Source: Eledone cirrhosa
Lineage: Eukaryota
Reading direction: 5' to 3'
DNA: 64,000 nucleotides
Assembly (NCBI GenBank): GCA_964016885.1
Contig: OZ024750.1
Coordinates: forward strand, 32,054,001-32,118,000
Shown: positions 38,546 through 54,033 of the stretch, piece by piece
How the letters are laid out: each line of letters opens with the position of its first letter
How positions within the stretch are numbered: position 1 is the first letter of the stretch
Notes under the pieces: model-generated
Database searches by the model: none
Told to the model about the DNA's origin: nothing
What the model saw: the letters and a program-made list of their open reading frames with translations, nothing else
Translations under genes and position numbers: made by a program

Positions 38546-39293
38546 CATACATAGACATATGCATATATGAGTGTGTCTCCGTTGTGATATATATACAACA
38601 TAAGATATATATACAACATAACAATATTTATATATATATATTCATCCGTAACCTCCCATTTATATATTGCTATCCGTATAATACAGTGATTAGTTTAACA
38701 CTTTGTCACTATAGCAATTTTTTTCTATCTTGGAACGGATTCTTTCAACCAATAGTCATTGCTCAAATGATATTTTCAGTTCATTCCTCAACATCCGGCT
38801 GATTTCATTTCCTCCTGCTTAGATATTACTTTTATATTGGGAATATTGGCATTTTGTTTCGCCTAAATAAATTTTTACTGTAATTAATTGTTCTATTTTC
38901 GGATTATATATTGTTTAGCCTCTATTAAAAGAAAGTACCACGTTATCTTACCGTCTACAAATATAATTTGGATAAGATCTATTGTCTACATAGACACACG
39001 CACATACAAACACTTGATTGCACCCACATGACTCATCATCACATATGTATGCGTTAGTATGTTTGATCAAGTGACAATAAACTGCATTTCTCTCTCTCTC
39101 TATCTCTCTCTCTCTCTCTCTCTCCCTCACTCTCTCTTTATATATATATATATATAGACAGAGAGAGAGAGAGAGAGAGATAAATAGATAGATAGATATA
39201 GATATATATACATACACACACACAACCCTTAAGTGTGAGAGTGATATGATAAGGTTCGAGTATACTATCATTCTTGTATATATATATTTACTT

Positions 39294-39387
<94 letters not shown>

Positions 39388-41964
39388 CTGTTTGTGTGTG
39401 TGTACACATATATATATGAGCCAGGAGTTTTAGTTTTATACGTAAGACATTTTAACCACGGTGATGTGCAGCGCTTGTTAATTTTCTGTTAAAATACGCA
39501 AACGCACATATATATTTTATATACGCACGCACAAACACCCACCCACATTATAGAGGATGGGTCACCAACTAATTTGGGCTGTGGTATGCTCAATACCTGT
39601 CCTTCTTCAGATCAAAGAAGGAACGAAATTTGACCGGAAAAACCCTATAATTAATTGCAAGATCCATCTTTCTGAGGAACTGCTTGTTCTTCTACAAGCC
39701 ACACTACTCCACCATACAAAATCTTATGTGTCCTCCTATTGCCATCACAGACAGGTAGACTTCCTGTGCCACTATCAACTGCCTAATGGGAAAATATCAA
39801 TGAGTTATCTTCCTTGACAGTTAAACAAAGGGAGTTCTTACATTGCATCCTAATAGAGCCTTATACTTGAACAGCTCCTCTTTGGGGCCTCACTAGTTCC
39901 CTGCAAAAAAATCCCATCAAGTTGTCTTGCATCTTCATTTGAAACAAAGCTTACCAGCAACGAAGACTGACCATATTTCCAGGCATAATATAAACGTCAC
40001 TACGACTCAATGTACAACCTACGACACATTCTCTTCTACAATGTCAAACAAGAATTTGAAAATCTATCGAATGTGTTTCTTGTAAAGAAAATAATCATTG
40101 TTTATATTTAGAACAGTTTTGTTTTTCAAAGTACTGGGACTTTAATCATGAAACCTTATTTAATCATGTGGTTTTCACGTTCCCAGACGTCGGAGTGATT
40201 TCTTTGATCTTTCACATTCTTAGATACCAGACTTAATATTCAATTGGATTAATGTCTGCAATTTGTGTTGACCATTCAACCCGATCTATAAGAAAACATT
40301 ATGTAATTATTTTTGTATCATGGCTGCTACCATTATGTGATGTAGAAGATAACTTTCTTCTGTTTTATCATAGTGTATCATTTCTGAGCTGATTAAGTGA
40401 AAGTTTGAATAGAAAGAAAAAAAAAGAATTGCTTAGAGATGTTCAGTGTTATACATAATATCTTAGTATAATATCGATATGTGCTCCATAACATAAGGAC
40501 TATCGATTATAACATCCTTCACCTCACCACAGATTAGGGATCTTCGTTGAGTTTCCCATTGGTTCATTATTATTTTGTAATTGGCTGCGAAATTTTGCCT
40601 TACTCTGTCAATTCAAGAAGGTTGTGAATTGACAAAATCCTTACTCTTCTTGGCTGTCATCGCTCTGAATTAAAATCCCATCCAGGTCTACTGTGCCCCT
40701 CATTATTTAAACAGATTGGTAATACTCTAGTTGGGTATACTTTAAAGGGGGGTTTTCGTGCTAACAATACACAAAATAATATTGTTTTTACATTAAATAA
40801 TGGGCATGTTTGAGGTAACTGTGCATTATCGATGTTGATTTTTGTCAGGGATGAGTATTTGTATTTTCATCTCTAAAATTCCAGCAACATTTACAGCCAC
40901 TCCTGCTTTGACTTAATTAAAATCACGTAAGGATTTTTAGTCTATTATTAAAATGTATCGCTAGTCTTTATTTTTTGATTTCATATGCAATTGATGTAAA
41001 TATAACGTAGCTTTAACACAGCTATCTAATTAGTTTTTAAAATAAATTGTATACCAGCGTTATTGCCAATATTTTATAAAATATCCAAATCTTTTTTTCT
41101 TTTTTTTTTTTTGCTTGAATTAAATTTACGGAGAAAAAAAACGATAGGCAAAATTCAAGAATTATAACAGACATTATGGGATAGTAATATAATTGGTTCT
41201 AATTTAAGCTCAAAGCCAGCAATTCTAGAGGAAGATGAACATCGATTTAAATCAATCCCACTAATTGTTTGGTGCCTTTTATTATGGATTTCGTAAAGAC
41301 GAAAGTCAAAGTTGACCGCATTAACCTCGACAATGTTTAAACACTGAAGCTGGAACAAAGGACATGAAGCATTTTCCCGACGCTTTTCCGTTTCAGCCAA
41401 TCCACTTCTTTGTGCAATATTAATATGATAAAACCAAAATATATATAACATGTAATTGTGATAATATAAATTGTGGGATAGGAGTAAATATTAGAATAAG
41501 AGAAAAACATATAGATAAGGAAACAAAGATTAAAATACAAAAACAAATAAAAAAAGAAGACTAATGAAAGGAAAGAATAAAATTATTGAAAATCAGTCAA
41601 TGATCTGGGTACTGCATAAAAATACATATCTTGAATAGCAATAGCAATAAATTATGAGATAAGAAGAAGGTGGACATTAATTTATGAAATAATTATGACC
41701 CGAGATAAAATACTAGATGTTTTCATATCAATATTACAAAGTACACATTATATAAACAGCAATCATTTAGTTTGGGGATCAAATTTCAAACCTAGAGTTT
41801 AATCAACAACGTGGAAAATAGGTTTTGATTAATATAAATCAACACATATATGAAACACTTAACAGTATACTTAAATGGATTTAAAATAACTAAAGTAATG
41901 TATATATCTATAATGTAAGTAATTAAACACAGAGTGTTTAAAATATAGCTCATATGATTTGACG

Positions 41965-42769
41965 ATGATGATGATGGAATATACTCCAAATCTTCCACGG
42001 AGATTTTGCCCTGTTATTCTTCAACACAACTCACAAAACGATATTTCGTTTGCCAGTTCAAAACTTCCTTCATCACTACAAATACACCCGTATTTCAATA
42101 CTTCTCGAAATGGAAATATTTTTAATGAACATATATTTCGAGTTCCGTTACAGACAGAGGTTTTTAATTCTTACCCTGTGATATCTAAACGGTATGAATG
42201 TAGCAATTACAGTGAAATGGATGTACCCTTTTACAGACCAAGCATGCATCAAACATGGGAAAAGTTTCGAAGTAACAGAGATCAATCCTCTCAGAATTAT
42301 CCGAATTTAGGGGCTCGTAGTAACTTCAATGACATAACATCTCACGAATATGTACATAATAATAATGAAGACATAAATTGTTTCTATCCAAGGCGCCATT
42401 TAACGTCTTCGACAACAACCTTTGTTAAGCCCATGTGTCAAGGAATATATTCGCGTAACGCGTATGATAATGAGAAAACAAACAAAAGTCAACAAATCAA
42501 TATTCATTCAAAACATTCGGATGATAATCAACATCAAATAAAATCGATATCTAAACTTCCCCTAGCCATCGATATGCTCAGACGTTCCGGAAGGTTCCTT
42601 GAGAAGATGAATCTGTATGTAAATCAAATTGACAAGCCTACACTTGAAAAGAATTCCGACGTGGAAAGGAGTGGTAAACAACTCCAGGGAAGGATAAATA
42701 AATGTCCCTATTGCAATAAATTCAAATCAAGTCCAGCACAACTAAAGATTCATTTACGAATTCACACAG
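41965..42769 (+). CDS. Exon of host C2H2 zinc-finger protein gene (partial)
   Basis: About 270-codon non-repetitive ORF in AT-rich DNA ending CPYCNKFKSSPAQLKIHLRIHT-G; CAG|GTTTGT donor at 42770 splits the Gly codon of the TGEKP linker. Start uncertain (ATG run from 41965 or an upstream acceptor). Confidence 0.8.
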
Positions 42770-43429
42770 GTTTGTAGCTTTTTATATTACAATTTCTTCT
42801 ACATTACATCATTAGTACCAAGCAATCTACAATGTAGTTTTCTTAAATCGTATTGATAAACAATATTTCTAATTTATTGAATTTTATTTATTCCGTATAG
42901 TTCTCTTTCTATTTCTCCTCCTATCTCATATTCTATCATCCGATATGGAAATACCGCCAGAAGAATAATTAAGTCATATTTCTTACTACATCAAAATTTA
43001 AAATAATATATATCGTCATTGTTCTTCCGTATTATGTTTCCTTGTTGACATTTCGCCTCACATAATATACGTGTGCAATATAAATACATAAAGCAATCTA
43101 ACACAAATACAAACACAAACACAAACACAAACGTTTTCACACACAAACAATACAATATATTAATATATAATCTATACATAAATGAGATAATATGAATAAA
43201 TATCAAGTTATAGAAATATTATTTTGTAGTTTCTATATATGTTCTTCGATATGTATAGGTACAAATATTTGAAAATTGCTGAATGTGTGTGTCAATACGT
43301 GAAATGCGAGAGATGCCTGATGTCTGTTGACAGTATTTTTGTCTAGAAATGCCCCCAGAATATTAATAAAACCGGAGATTATTTCTCTACAGGTCTGTAT
43401 ACTTGATTGATATATTTCAGGAGTGGGTG

Positions 43430-43492
<63 letters not shown>

Positions 43493-43884
43493 TTTACGCA
43501 TCGATAACGCAGTAACAATGGTGGCTGGACACTCCAGACTTATATGAGAAACGCCATACTGTCTATCAAGAACAATATGAAAGTATATAAAGTTTGTGAA
43601 CTCAGCCATGTATCGTAAGACATAGACAACTTGCACATGGCAGGAACGACAAATGAGTGCTTTATATTTGCACCGGACCCTGACCATTACAAAAGCAAGA
43701 TCGCCCATCCCCCATTCATAGTCAGATGTTTACTCAAACAAAATAACACCAAGCGAGTCGGTTATCTTCAAACACCGACTCTTGAGCAAGTTAGTCATCT
43801 CCGATCAATGGATGGCAGATGAATTCAAAACGCTAGTTTTTACAGAGTGACAACAACCAACACTTGCCATTATTACGTTACAAA

Positions 43885-44070
43885 GGGCGGTGAATTGGCA
43901 GTATCGGTAGAGGGTTGGACGCCATGTTTTCTAGCATAGTTACGTCCCTTTACAATCTGAGTTCAAATCCCGCCGAGGTTAACTTTGCCTTTCATCCTTA
44001 CGGGGATCGATAAAATAAAGTACCAGTAATGTACTGGGTAATTGCTGGTCTTGTGCCTAAAGTAGAAACA
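43885..44070 (+). mobile_element. Full-length tRNA-derived SINE with 16-bp target-site duplication
   Basis: A box TGGCAGTATCGG, B box GAGTTCAAATCC, core GCCTTTCATCCTTACGGGG...GATAAAATAAAGTACCAG; ATTATTACGTTACAAA at 43869-43884 and 44071-44086. Confidence 0.92.
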
Positions 44071-45000
44071 ATTATTACGTTACAAATGTGTCAGCAGGCA
44101 CAACATAACGTCGACACAACCGGCAAGTATTGGCAGAAAACCCCAGCACATAGTGGCATGATATAAAGAGATATATACAGTATGCTATATATCTGTATGG
44201 CCCACCTAACAAAAAACTAAATAAATTACTGTAAAATCTTGCTACAATTTAGTTACTTCATAAAAAGTGCGTGAAGGAATATAAACGAAATTGCTGATAT
44301 ATGAAGGCGAATGATAATATTTCTATAATTATATGGGGATGAGGGTAGAATTAGTTGATCCTTTGACAAAATACTTTATTTGATGAGGTCTTTCATCTTA
44401 TCTTTCTGAGTTCAATTCCCACCCTGGGCAACTATGAAGTTCATCTCTCTGGAAGTGATATGATAGTTATCAGTCGGTAACGTACGTACTGGCATAGATA
44501 CTGGCAGCTATAAGACAGAATGAATAAAATCCAAAGTGGGATAGATTTATAGAAGGAGTGGTCAGTAAAATATTTTGTAGGACTTGGTTGCTACTTAATT
44601 TTATCGATTAAATTCACAGTCGACCTCAGTGGGATATAAGCATAAAAAAGGACGAACTTCAATGCAACCATAGAAAAACAGACGTCTATTTATAATCTTT
44701 TTCCATCTCTCACATTGTATTTTTCTTGGGGCATTTGATTAGCAGAGATAACAAATCAAATATTCAACTGGGAATTTCACTAACTTTCACAAAGCTACAG
44801 TATCGTATAGAATAAACTTTCAATCTATTGTAATAATATCGGTTTAATAAAATTCTTGATTCTTATCTTCGGAAGAGAATTGAATCTGACATTTGAAAAA
44901 CTGAGAAGTTTCCAAAATATACTAAACACACTTCAATCCCGTAGGAGTACTGGACTGAATAGAGCTTTCAGAAAAATACTTCCCAGTAGCAGAAAAACTA

Positions 45001-45076
<76 letters not shown>

Positions 45077-45147
45077 GGCATGTAAAAAAACACACAGGAG
45101 TATTAGTTACAAAAGGTTTTAGGTTCACGCTTAGTGGGAGAGGGTGT

Positions 45148-45175
45148 GACGTTTCGGGCATAAGCCCTTCATCAG
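45148..45175 (-). ncRNA. Minimal hammerhead core at the 3' end of a C/CA-rich unit (about 45073-46255)
   Basis: Minus strand CTGATGA-AGGGCTTATGCCC-GAAA-C-GTC; downstream flank resembles that of 29788; stem I does not pair in this copy. Confidence 0.55.
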
Positions 45176-45370
45176 GGGAGTGGGAGGATGGGGGGAACTC
45201 CGAGAGAGAGTGAAGGGGTGTTATTGGAAGAAAATAAAAATAAAACATGAATTGGGAAATAAAAGTTAAAAAGAAAAGTGTGAAAAGATGTGAGGCTTGT
45301 ATAGGTGGCGGTGCGTGGAGGTGGATGGATTGGGAGGGAGGAAGGGGTCAGAGAGGGGAGGGCGGAAGGT

Positions 45371-45424
<54 letters not shown>

Positions 45425-46954
45425 CGTGGATGTAAGTGTGAGAGTCTAGGGGAGAGCAACGTTGCATGCTTGGTTTTGGAAAACCATTGTGCACGTTAGA
45501 GAGGTGTGTAAGTCTCTGTGTGTTTGTGCGTGTGCGTGTGGATAAAGAGAGGTCGGAAAGGGTGGGCGAGAGCGTGCGGAATCCGGAGGCGGAGTGGGTG
45601 TATGTGAGGATACGCACCTGTGTGTGTGTGTGTGTGTGTGCATGCGTTTGTTTGTGTGGATACGCAGGAATATATGGTTGCGTGTGTGCGAAAATGGTGT
45701 GTTTATGCGTGTTTATGTTCCTGAATGGTTTTGCAGTGTGTGTGTGTAGAATGACGGCACAATTCCTGGTACGGTAATCTCGTAGATATCCGAGCGTGTA
45801 AATTCTGCGGTAGCGTCCGTGGGAATGGTGAGGAGGAATTAGAAAGTTGTGGGCTGCGCGCAACAGGAAGTAGTCAAGATGGGGGAGTAGAGGGATGGAG
45901 ATGGCAGGGTGTGTAAGGGTGGCCTGTATGTGTGTGTGGAATTCGTGTATGTGTGTGCGGAGGTGTGGTGGTCGGGAGAGGAGGTGCGTCAGTGTGAAAA
46001 GTTGAAGGAGAGGGTGGTGTGTCTGTGTGTGTAGGGGGTGGGTGTTTATTAGTTAGTAGGATGTGGGTGTGGATGTGGAGGTGGTGTTGTTATCATAGGT
46101 GGGAGATAGAGGGGGCAGAGAAGGTGCTGGGTAATGTGTATGAGTGAGTGTATATATATACTGGTGTGTGTGCGTGCTTTGGGTATGGCTTGAAGTTGAG
46201 AGGACTGTTAATGTTGGGAGTGTTTTAGTGGTGTTTGAATAGGGTAGAGGAGGGGTATATATATATTATATACATATATATATGTATATATAAAACGAAT
46301 AAATAAACAAAAATGGAGATTTTTCCGTATCTTCCCATATTAAAATATATAAAAAAATATATAAATATAAATATTCTTATTAACTCAGTTGACTTAATTT
46401 AATTTAACTTAATATTTACTTACATTAAATACAAAACCAATATCCCTCATAACTCATTAAAACAATTATGTATTACACGATATACCCATCTATTCATTTA
46501 TTTATCTATTTATCTATTTATCTATTTATTTATTTATTTATCTAATTTTCTATCTATTTTTCTATCTATTTATTATTCTATCTACTTATAACAGAAAATA
46601 TATTACAAAATAATTTTAAACAAATAATTAATCTTAAATACACGTACTATTAGATATATACTTAGAATATATTCCCCCGAAATTAACGTTATATGAGTTT
46701 TATTCATACTCTTGTTAATTTCTTCTCTCTATCTCTCTCGACATATTTTTTATCTTTATCCACTTATATTTTTCTCTTTCTCTCTTTCTCCAGTGTCATT
46801 TAAATAGACGGTTATTTTTCAATTATTTACATATTCATTTGCATATTCACACATAAGTTTGAATAATCCCTAATATATTTCCACTATCCAGGGAATTTCC
46901 AACCGATAAGGTATGATTTTCATGGGTATGTCTCTATTTATAAAACAAAGTTTA

Positions 46955-47019
46955 TATTTTATCTGATGAAAGCGTACCAATATTGTCTTGGTTACCATTG
47001 AAATACATATCATAAAATA
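46955..47019 (+). ncRNA. Type I hammerhead ribozyme
   Basis: TATTTTAT-CTGATGA-AAGCGTACCAA...TTGGTTACCATT-GAAA-TACATA-TC-ATAAAATA; AUC triplet; (TA)n about 45 nt downstream. Confidence 0.8.
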
Positions 47020-47065
47020 AATATGGTTTTATAAATATAGTTTCCATTTATTTAATATCATTGTA

Positions 47066-47099
<34 letters not shown>

Positions 47100-47326
47100 C
47101 TTCGTTTCTGAATTTGTTTAGCAAGATTCTTTATCTGAAAACGTGTGTTGAAACCGATATTGTTATACTTTTGAAACACACGCACTAATTGCTTTCACTT
47201 CAATTCATTATAAATTAAATTATAAATTGAAAAAAAAATTATAAAAATGTGTGTGTATGTTTTTGTGTGTGTTTGTGAGCGTATGTGTACATATTTATAT
47301 ATGTATGTACACACACATGCATGTAA

Positions 47327-47652
<326 letters not shown>

Positions 47653-47708
47653 TATATATATATATATATATATGGTGGCTGCCAACTCGTTTTCGAGTAC
47701 GGCCACTA

Positions 47709-48236
47709 CTTTATATCCATGTAGGAGAACCCCTACCGATGCGCTGAACGAATGTGACTTTTTAGTCCAGCCAGCGACTTGAAAACTCTGGTCCAAAGAC
47801 TACACTTGTGACCATTATTGACACATAGTGCTGGGCCCATGGTACCATGTGACGACAAGTACAGGGAGATCTCCAGATATAGAGCAATGCCTGTGCTGTG
47901 AAGCTTTTATAGTGAGCAAAGGCACTGCACAAAGCCAGTCCCACTCTCTTAACCAAGATGATATTTACCAAAAAGAAGAACAAGTCAACATCATTGGATG
48001 CCATCAGGGTTGCAGGTGTTATATCAGAGTTTTCCTTCTCCTAGAATTCTGCCCTGACAAAGGCTAAGGGGTCATCTCTCCCGGTGATTTTAGATGGCTA
48101 TTGACTCTTAAGAGCTCCCTTGCCCTTTGACAGGTTTTGTTTTTAGTCCTGCAGGATGTCCAATGTCACCCTCCTCACCAAGAAACCTTCGTGGGGTTGC
48201 CAGTTTAGTCGCCAACGACCCGACCATGAGACAGGT
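47709..48236. repeat. Second copy of the 25548 dispersed repeat
   Basis: Colinear with 25548 to about 26070, with scattered substitutions. Confidence 0.8.
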
Positions 48237-48400
48237 TGTATATATATATACATACATATATACACACAGTGTATCCCTAAAATAAATACAAAATATATAC
48301 ACACTGTATTAGAATGCTATTGATGTGTGTATATATATTTTGGGGGACACCCTGTATATAATATTGAAAGAATCGTTCCAGTGTCGTATAGATTACATTA

Positions 48401-48758
48401 TTGTTTCTACTTTAGAACACAAGGCCAGCAAATACCCAGTGCATTACTGGTACTTTATTTTATCGACCCCGTAAGGATGGAAGGGAAAGTTAACCTCGGC
48501 GGGATTTGAACTCAGACTGTAAAGGGACGTAACTATGCTAGAAAACATGGCGTCCAACCCTCTACCGATACTTGTTTCTACTTTAGGCACAAGGCCAGCA
48601 ATTACCCAGTGCATTACTGGTACTTTATTTTATCGACCCCGTAAGGATGAAAGGCAAAGTTAACCTCGGCGGGATTAGAACTCAGACTGTAAAGGGACGT
48701 AACTATGCTAGAAAACATGGCGTCCAACCCTCTACCGATACTGCCAATTCATAGCCCC
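48401..48758 (-). mobile_element. Head-to-tail tRNA-SINE dimer
   Basis: Two monomers (48572-48758 and 48401-48571) of the 43885 family inside one duplication TGTCGTATAGA(T/A)TACATTA at 48382-48400 and 48759-48777. Confidence 0.88.
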
Positions 48759-49882
48759 TGTCGTATAGAATACATTATGGTTATCGATTCGGTTCTCTGA
48801 TTTCTAATCTTCTGATTTCTAATCTTCACAAGTGTGAACTTTACTTTCATGGTTTTGGAGCCGAGAAATATTATACTAATCCGATACTGTTTATTCCTTT
48901 CCTGTCTCTCACATGAAGAAACCAACTGTGGTCAAATATTATCAGAGATGAATCTTAGCAGATTTAACCCTTTAATGTTCAAACCGGTTAAAACCGGCCA
49001 GAATTGTATACCTCTTTCTCTTGAAACTGGTTGTAACTGGTCGCTGAAACTGATGTTAAGTTATTGTTCTCAAAATAAATACTTTCAAAATCTCATAGAT
49101 TCGTTATTATGTGAGATAATTATGCGAGGTAAAGACTTTACCATGAAAATATAATAGTATATATAGAGTAATGTGAATGCTAAAGGGTTAGATGTCAGGT
49201 TAATAACCTACTCTCCATCAAGATTTCAGAGTTTGAGTAAGGAACGAAACTCGGGTGTACTGTGAGCATTTGTGATGTAATGTATTTTCCTATTTCTACA
49301 TTTTAAAACATACACTAAATATTTATTCTAAACAAGTGTCTATGAATGTATTGTTTAGCTTCTGTTCATAATGTATATATTTAAATAATTGACTGCTTTT
49401 GAGGACAACTTCTCTGGGTTTTACCGACAATATGATTTGAATTCCAAAATGTACGCATTCTTTAATTATAAAATGCAGCTCCTATTTCTGTTTGCTGCAG
49501 AACATACACATAGCTAGAACTACTGGTCTAGTGAAAGTTTATACCCATAGTAATTTTAATGGACCTATGGTTTCTGACAAACGAAGACTAACCATAAAAT
49601 CAAAAGTAACTGTCCTTAGCTTATATCAAATTTTGTTAGAATATTTTATTTTAAATGCGTGATGGATTCGAACTGTGATCGGGGAAAGCTAGGCAGCAGA
49701 CGTGATATGGAAAGAGATCAGCCTCCATTGCGGACAGATAACCCCACTTCTCTCCGTAGATGTCCAGATCCTTAAAGCAAATGGGATGCATTACAATGTG
49801 ACATGACTTCGGTTAGGCGTATTGCGCCGGTTTGATCGTTACCGTCTGGTATGTTTCCACTCGGTTTCCTAACCCCACAGTC

Positions 49883-50470
49883 GGGCCTGGTTTAACGCCG
49901 TACCCTTCCTATCAACCGGCACTCAGCTGGACAGCGAGAGTCTGGGCATCTGTGATTCCCTGAGGCTCGGCCTCCAAATCTACGAGCCACAGATATGCGG
50001 CTGTGGAATATTTCGGCCTTTACCTTCTGTCCAGTTGCTACAGTGCCGGCCATCGCTCACGTTATGCCGCTCTCAATGAAATCATTAAGCATGCTCGCGC
50101 CGGTGGGGCCAAACCGAGAAGATGACAGAAGTACAGGCAGCATCACGGACTTCCCGTTCCGTGGTGGTAAGCTCGTCATATGGGACACATTATAATTAAG
50201 CCTTTTCCAGTGGCTATAGACACATGCTTCGAAGATCACAAGCTCTAGACATAACGGCCACACGAGAAATTTCTTATCAAACCCGTCAGAATAGACTCTC
50301 AGATTTATTGGTCCCCTGTCCACTTTCCTATTCAATACTTTAGGAGTGGAGTTAGCCACAATCAGGAGTGAGCCCAGTGAGTTGGGATAGCAAAACCATA
50401 GTGTGTTCTTCATCCTCCGTTCTCTGCACTGGGACTAGGATGTAGCCAGTGCCTTGGGTTCTGCAACCTA
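49883..50470 (+). pseudogene. CRE-clade non-LTR retrotransposon 3' remnant
   Basis: AWFNAVPFLSTGTQLDSESLGICDSLRLGLQIYEPQICGCG...SAGHRSRYAALNEIIKHA...ITDFPFRGGKLVIWD; nucleotide similarity to 2344-2390 (TTCCCGTTCC.TGGTGGTAA). Confidence 0.65.
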
Positions 50471-50944
50471 CTGAACGCTCCCTAACACTCTCTGGTCTCG
50501 TCTAATTGAAGTAACGATATTTGAGGATACCTTTCGGATCCAAGGCAGCTATGACAACACATTCATGATCTTTGAATACTTCACCTATTACATTGATATA
50601 CTCTGATGGTAATAAAATAAAACTATTTATTTCTTTATAAAATGAGAAGTTTAACCTCTAACCTCACCAATCTATGAAAGTATTTACATCATGTTTGCAG
50701 TTACATATGCATTAAATCATTAAATATCTCATCGAACACTCGAATTATTCAATATGTATATCACAGTGAGTAAATGTAGTTCATTCCTTGCGGAATATCA
50801 CAATACTGCAGTATGATATTAAGAAGATTCTTTAAATCTTATGTTCATTTAATATATCTTGTACGTTGGTTCTGAATTAATCTGAAATCAGGAGATGTTT
50901 GCGGGTTGGCTTATAAAATAGCCCAATCCTGTCTAAAACCAGTG

Positions 50945-51165
50945 TGTAATATCTACTGTATAATATAAACTATGTAATATATATTGTTCAACATTCACTG
51001 TGTATTATATATTGTGTAATATATATACTGTTTAATATACATTATGTAATATACACTATATAATATACATTATGTAATATATACTGCGTAATATACATTT
51101 TATAATATACATTTTGTAATATATATTCTGTAATATACATTATATAATGTACATTCTATAATATT
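50945..51165. repeat. About 14-18 bp AT-rich minisatellite
   Basis: Repeated TAATATA(C/T)A(C/T)T(A/G)T(G/A) units. Confidence 0.8.
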
Positions 51166-51828
51166 TTATTTCTTGTTGATTATCACAAGGTACTAAAATA
51201 TCAAATCTTATGTCCAGACAATATATCCAATACAGAGCTTCTAAATTAATGGGAAGACATGTGGGCTGACGTATAACATGTACATTTTCTGGAAGACATA
51301 ATCATTGAACATCGTCAGATATCGGCTTAGAGTATAAAGAACAAAAGAAAAGAATTTTATGAACTTCGACTTATTTCAAAGAACATACGAACTTGAAGGA
51401 CACAGAGGCTGCTTGTCTGGTGATCTTCAAATGTCGTCCTCACATCTTATTCCAACATTTTATGTACATATTCTTAATTAGACTGGAAGACTTTGCCAAA
51501 GAATGCAGAAATGTTGAAACATCAAAAGCGAGTGACAATGTTGCGTAACATTAATTATATAGACATTAGGCCCTGGAGCAAATAACTGATTAAATTTGAA
51601 GCGGCTTCGAGCAAATAATTTTAAGTATCTCGACTAGCGCTATAATGAGAAGTTTACGATTTTAGAATCAGAATTGTGGTCAGACTGTGCACACCCCCAT
51701 TCTCTTGTTGTGCTTCTGCATCCCTTTCCTCTGTCACAATTTGCAATATTTGTTTAAACCTATTCAAAGAAATAAACAAGAGTTTTCAAACTATATTGAA
51801 AACTTCATATACAAACGGAATAAAATAA

Positions 51829-52110
51829 TTGTTTCTACATTTGGCACAAGGCCAGCAATTAACACAGTGTATTACTGGTACTTTATTTTATCAACCCTGT
51901 AAGTATGAAAGGCAAAGTTAACCTCCGCGGGATTTGAACTTAGATCATAAAGGGCCGTAACTCTATAATACTAAGCATGGCATATGTAAACATGGAATAT
52001 TTTACAGTTTTAAACTTACTAGTTTAAAACTGTAAAATATTCCATGTTTACATTATTTTATTCCATAGCACTGGATTGGCAGTATCGGTAGAGGATCGGA
52101 CGCCATGCTT
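51829..52110 (-). mobile_element. tRNA-SINE with inverted head and inserted perfect hairpin
   Basis: SINE body on minus strand 51829-51981, 33-bp perfect inverted repeat 51984-52053, SINE head on plus strand 52075-52110. Confidence 0.75.
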
Positions 52111-53320
52111 ATTCAGCAGAGTACTCGATACTTAGGTTAGTAGATTGTAACTATATGAGTGAGAGTCAGGGCCCAAAGACTGAGCTTTTGCCGTTTCGAC
52201 GGCTAATTCAGCCGTCGCGCCCCGACTCCCTCAAACATATATATCTGTGTGTGTGTGTGTGTGTGTGTGTGCTTTTATGGATAGAGCGTTGGCATTACAA
52301 TTATGGCGTTGTGAGTTCGAATCTCGGACCGGATTGAATGTCGTTTCCTTGACCATAACACTTTATTTCACGTAGCTCAATTTCATGGAACTGGGAAAAA
52401 ATTAGTTGCGACGCCATCAGTGCCAAGCTGTGTCGGCTTCTCCGTTTCCCTTGGACAACATCAGTGGCGGTGAGAGAGGAGACTGTTATGCATGGGCACT
52501 TGTTCGTCTTCCATAAAAACATCTTGCTTCGGAAATCTCTGTTATATTGCAATAAGTGATGGGATTAACCGTGTTCACCACTTGATGTGATTTTATGACT
52601 CATAAGTCTATTCGTTTCAACTGCAATAGCATCTGTTTGGAATCAGCATATATCACAAAATACACATAAAGTTAACCAAAGTTACTCATGTGAATAAACC
52701 TTTATTAAACTGTTAACATTGGACAATGAAATAACTTCTCCTCCTTCGCTTTCCGCCTTCTCTGTTTCATCTGCCTATCGCTCACCACGTATTATATCAG
52801 TAACAAGTGTCTAGTTTAAAAGAAACATGTATCATGAGATTAAACCTTTATGAAAATATTATTTCACTCGCCCAAGTTTGGAACATACGTATACATACAA
52901 ACGTAGCTACCTAACTACCTGCCTACATACATACGTACGTACGTACATACATATACATACACACATGCATAACACACACAAACATACATACATCTATATA
53001 TAAATAGCAATTTCTGTCTGTCTGTGTATCTGTGTATAACCAGTTGGCGCCTACACCAGTGATCCGATCATGATGGAATTTTACACACATGTTAAGCTAA
53101 TATTCAATAAAAATCAATAATGGAAACCCTGGTGACATCTTTACAATGGAGGAGGAAAGAGAAGACGTTTCAGTGAGAGTGGGGGAAGAGGAGATATTAC
53201 TACTCTATGTTAAACACTCCCTCCCACTAGTTACCTTCCTCCTCCCACAACTGTTTTTTTAATTTTTTACCACAAAAAGATCTGTGACAGACAAACTAAA
53301 CCACACACACACAAACACGC

Positions 53321-53662
<342 letters not shown>

Positions 53663-53801
53663 TACATATATATATATATGTGCATGTATGTATATATATA
53701 TATACATACTACTGCACGTCTGTATACATATATGTATGTACGTATACATACTTATATCTAAGTAACAGCCGAACTAAGAGTGAGAAATGAAATTTCGTTT
53801 C

Positions 53802-53843
<42 letters not shown>

Positions 53844-53970
53844 GTTCTATTTAAATTGTTGGGATACAACAAGCAAATATTTTTATAACTGATATAAAGC
53901 GCTCAACAAATTATTGGAGTAAAAATACGATATATGAACAAATGGAAACTATATTTATAAAACCATATTT

Positions 53971-54033
53971 ATTTCATTATTCATATTTCAAGGATACCAA
54001 GTTAAATTATGGTGTGCTTTCATCAGATAAAAT
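53971..54033 (-). ncRNA. Type I hammerhead ribozyme in unit 53841-54110
   Basis: Near-identical to 36465-36527 and its flanks. Confidence 0.75.
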
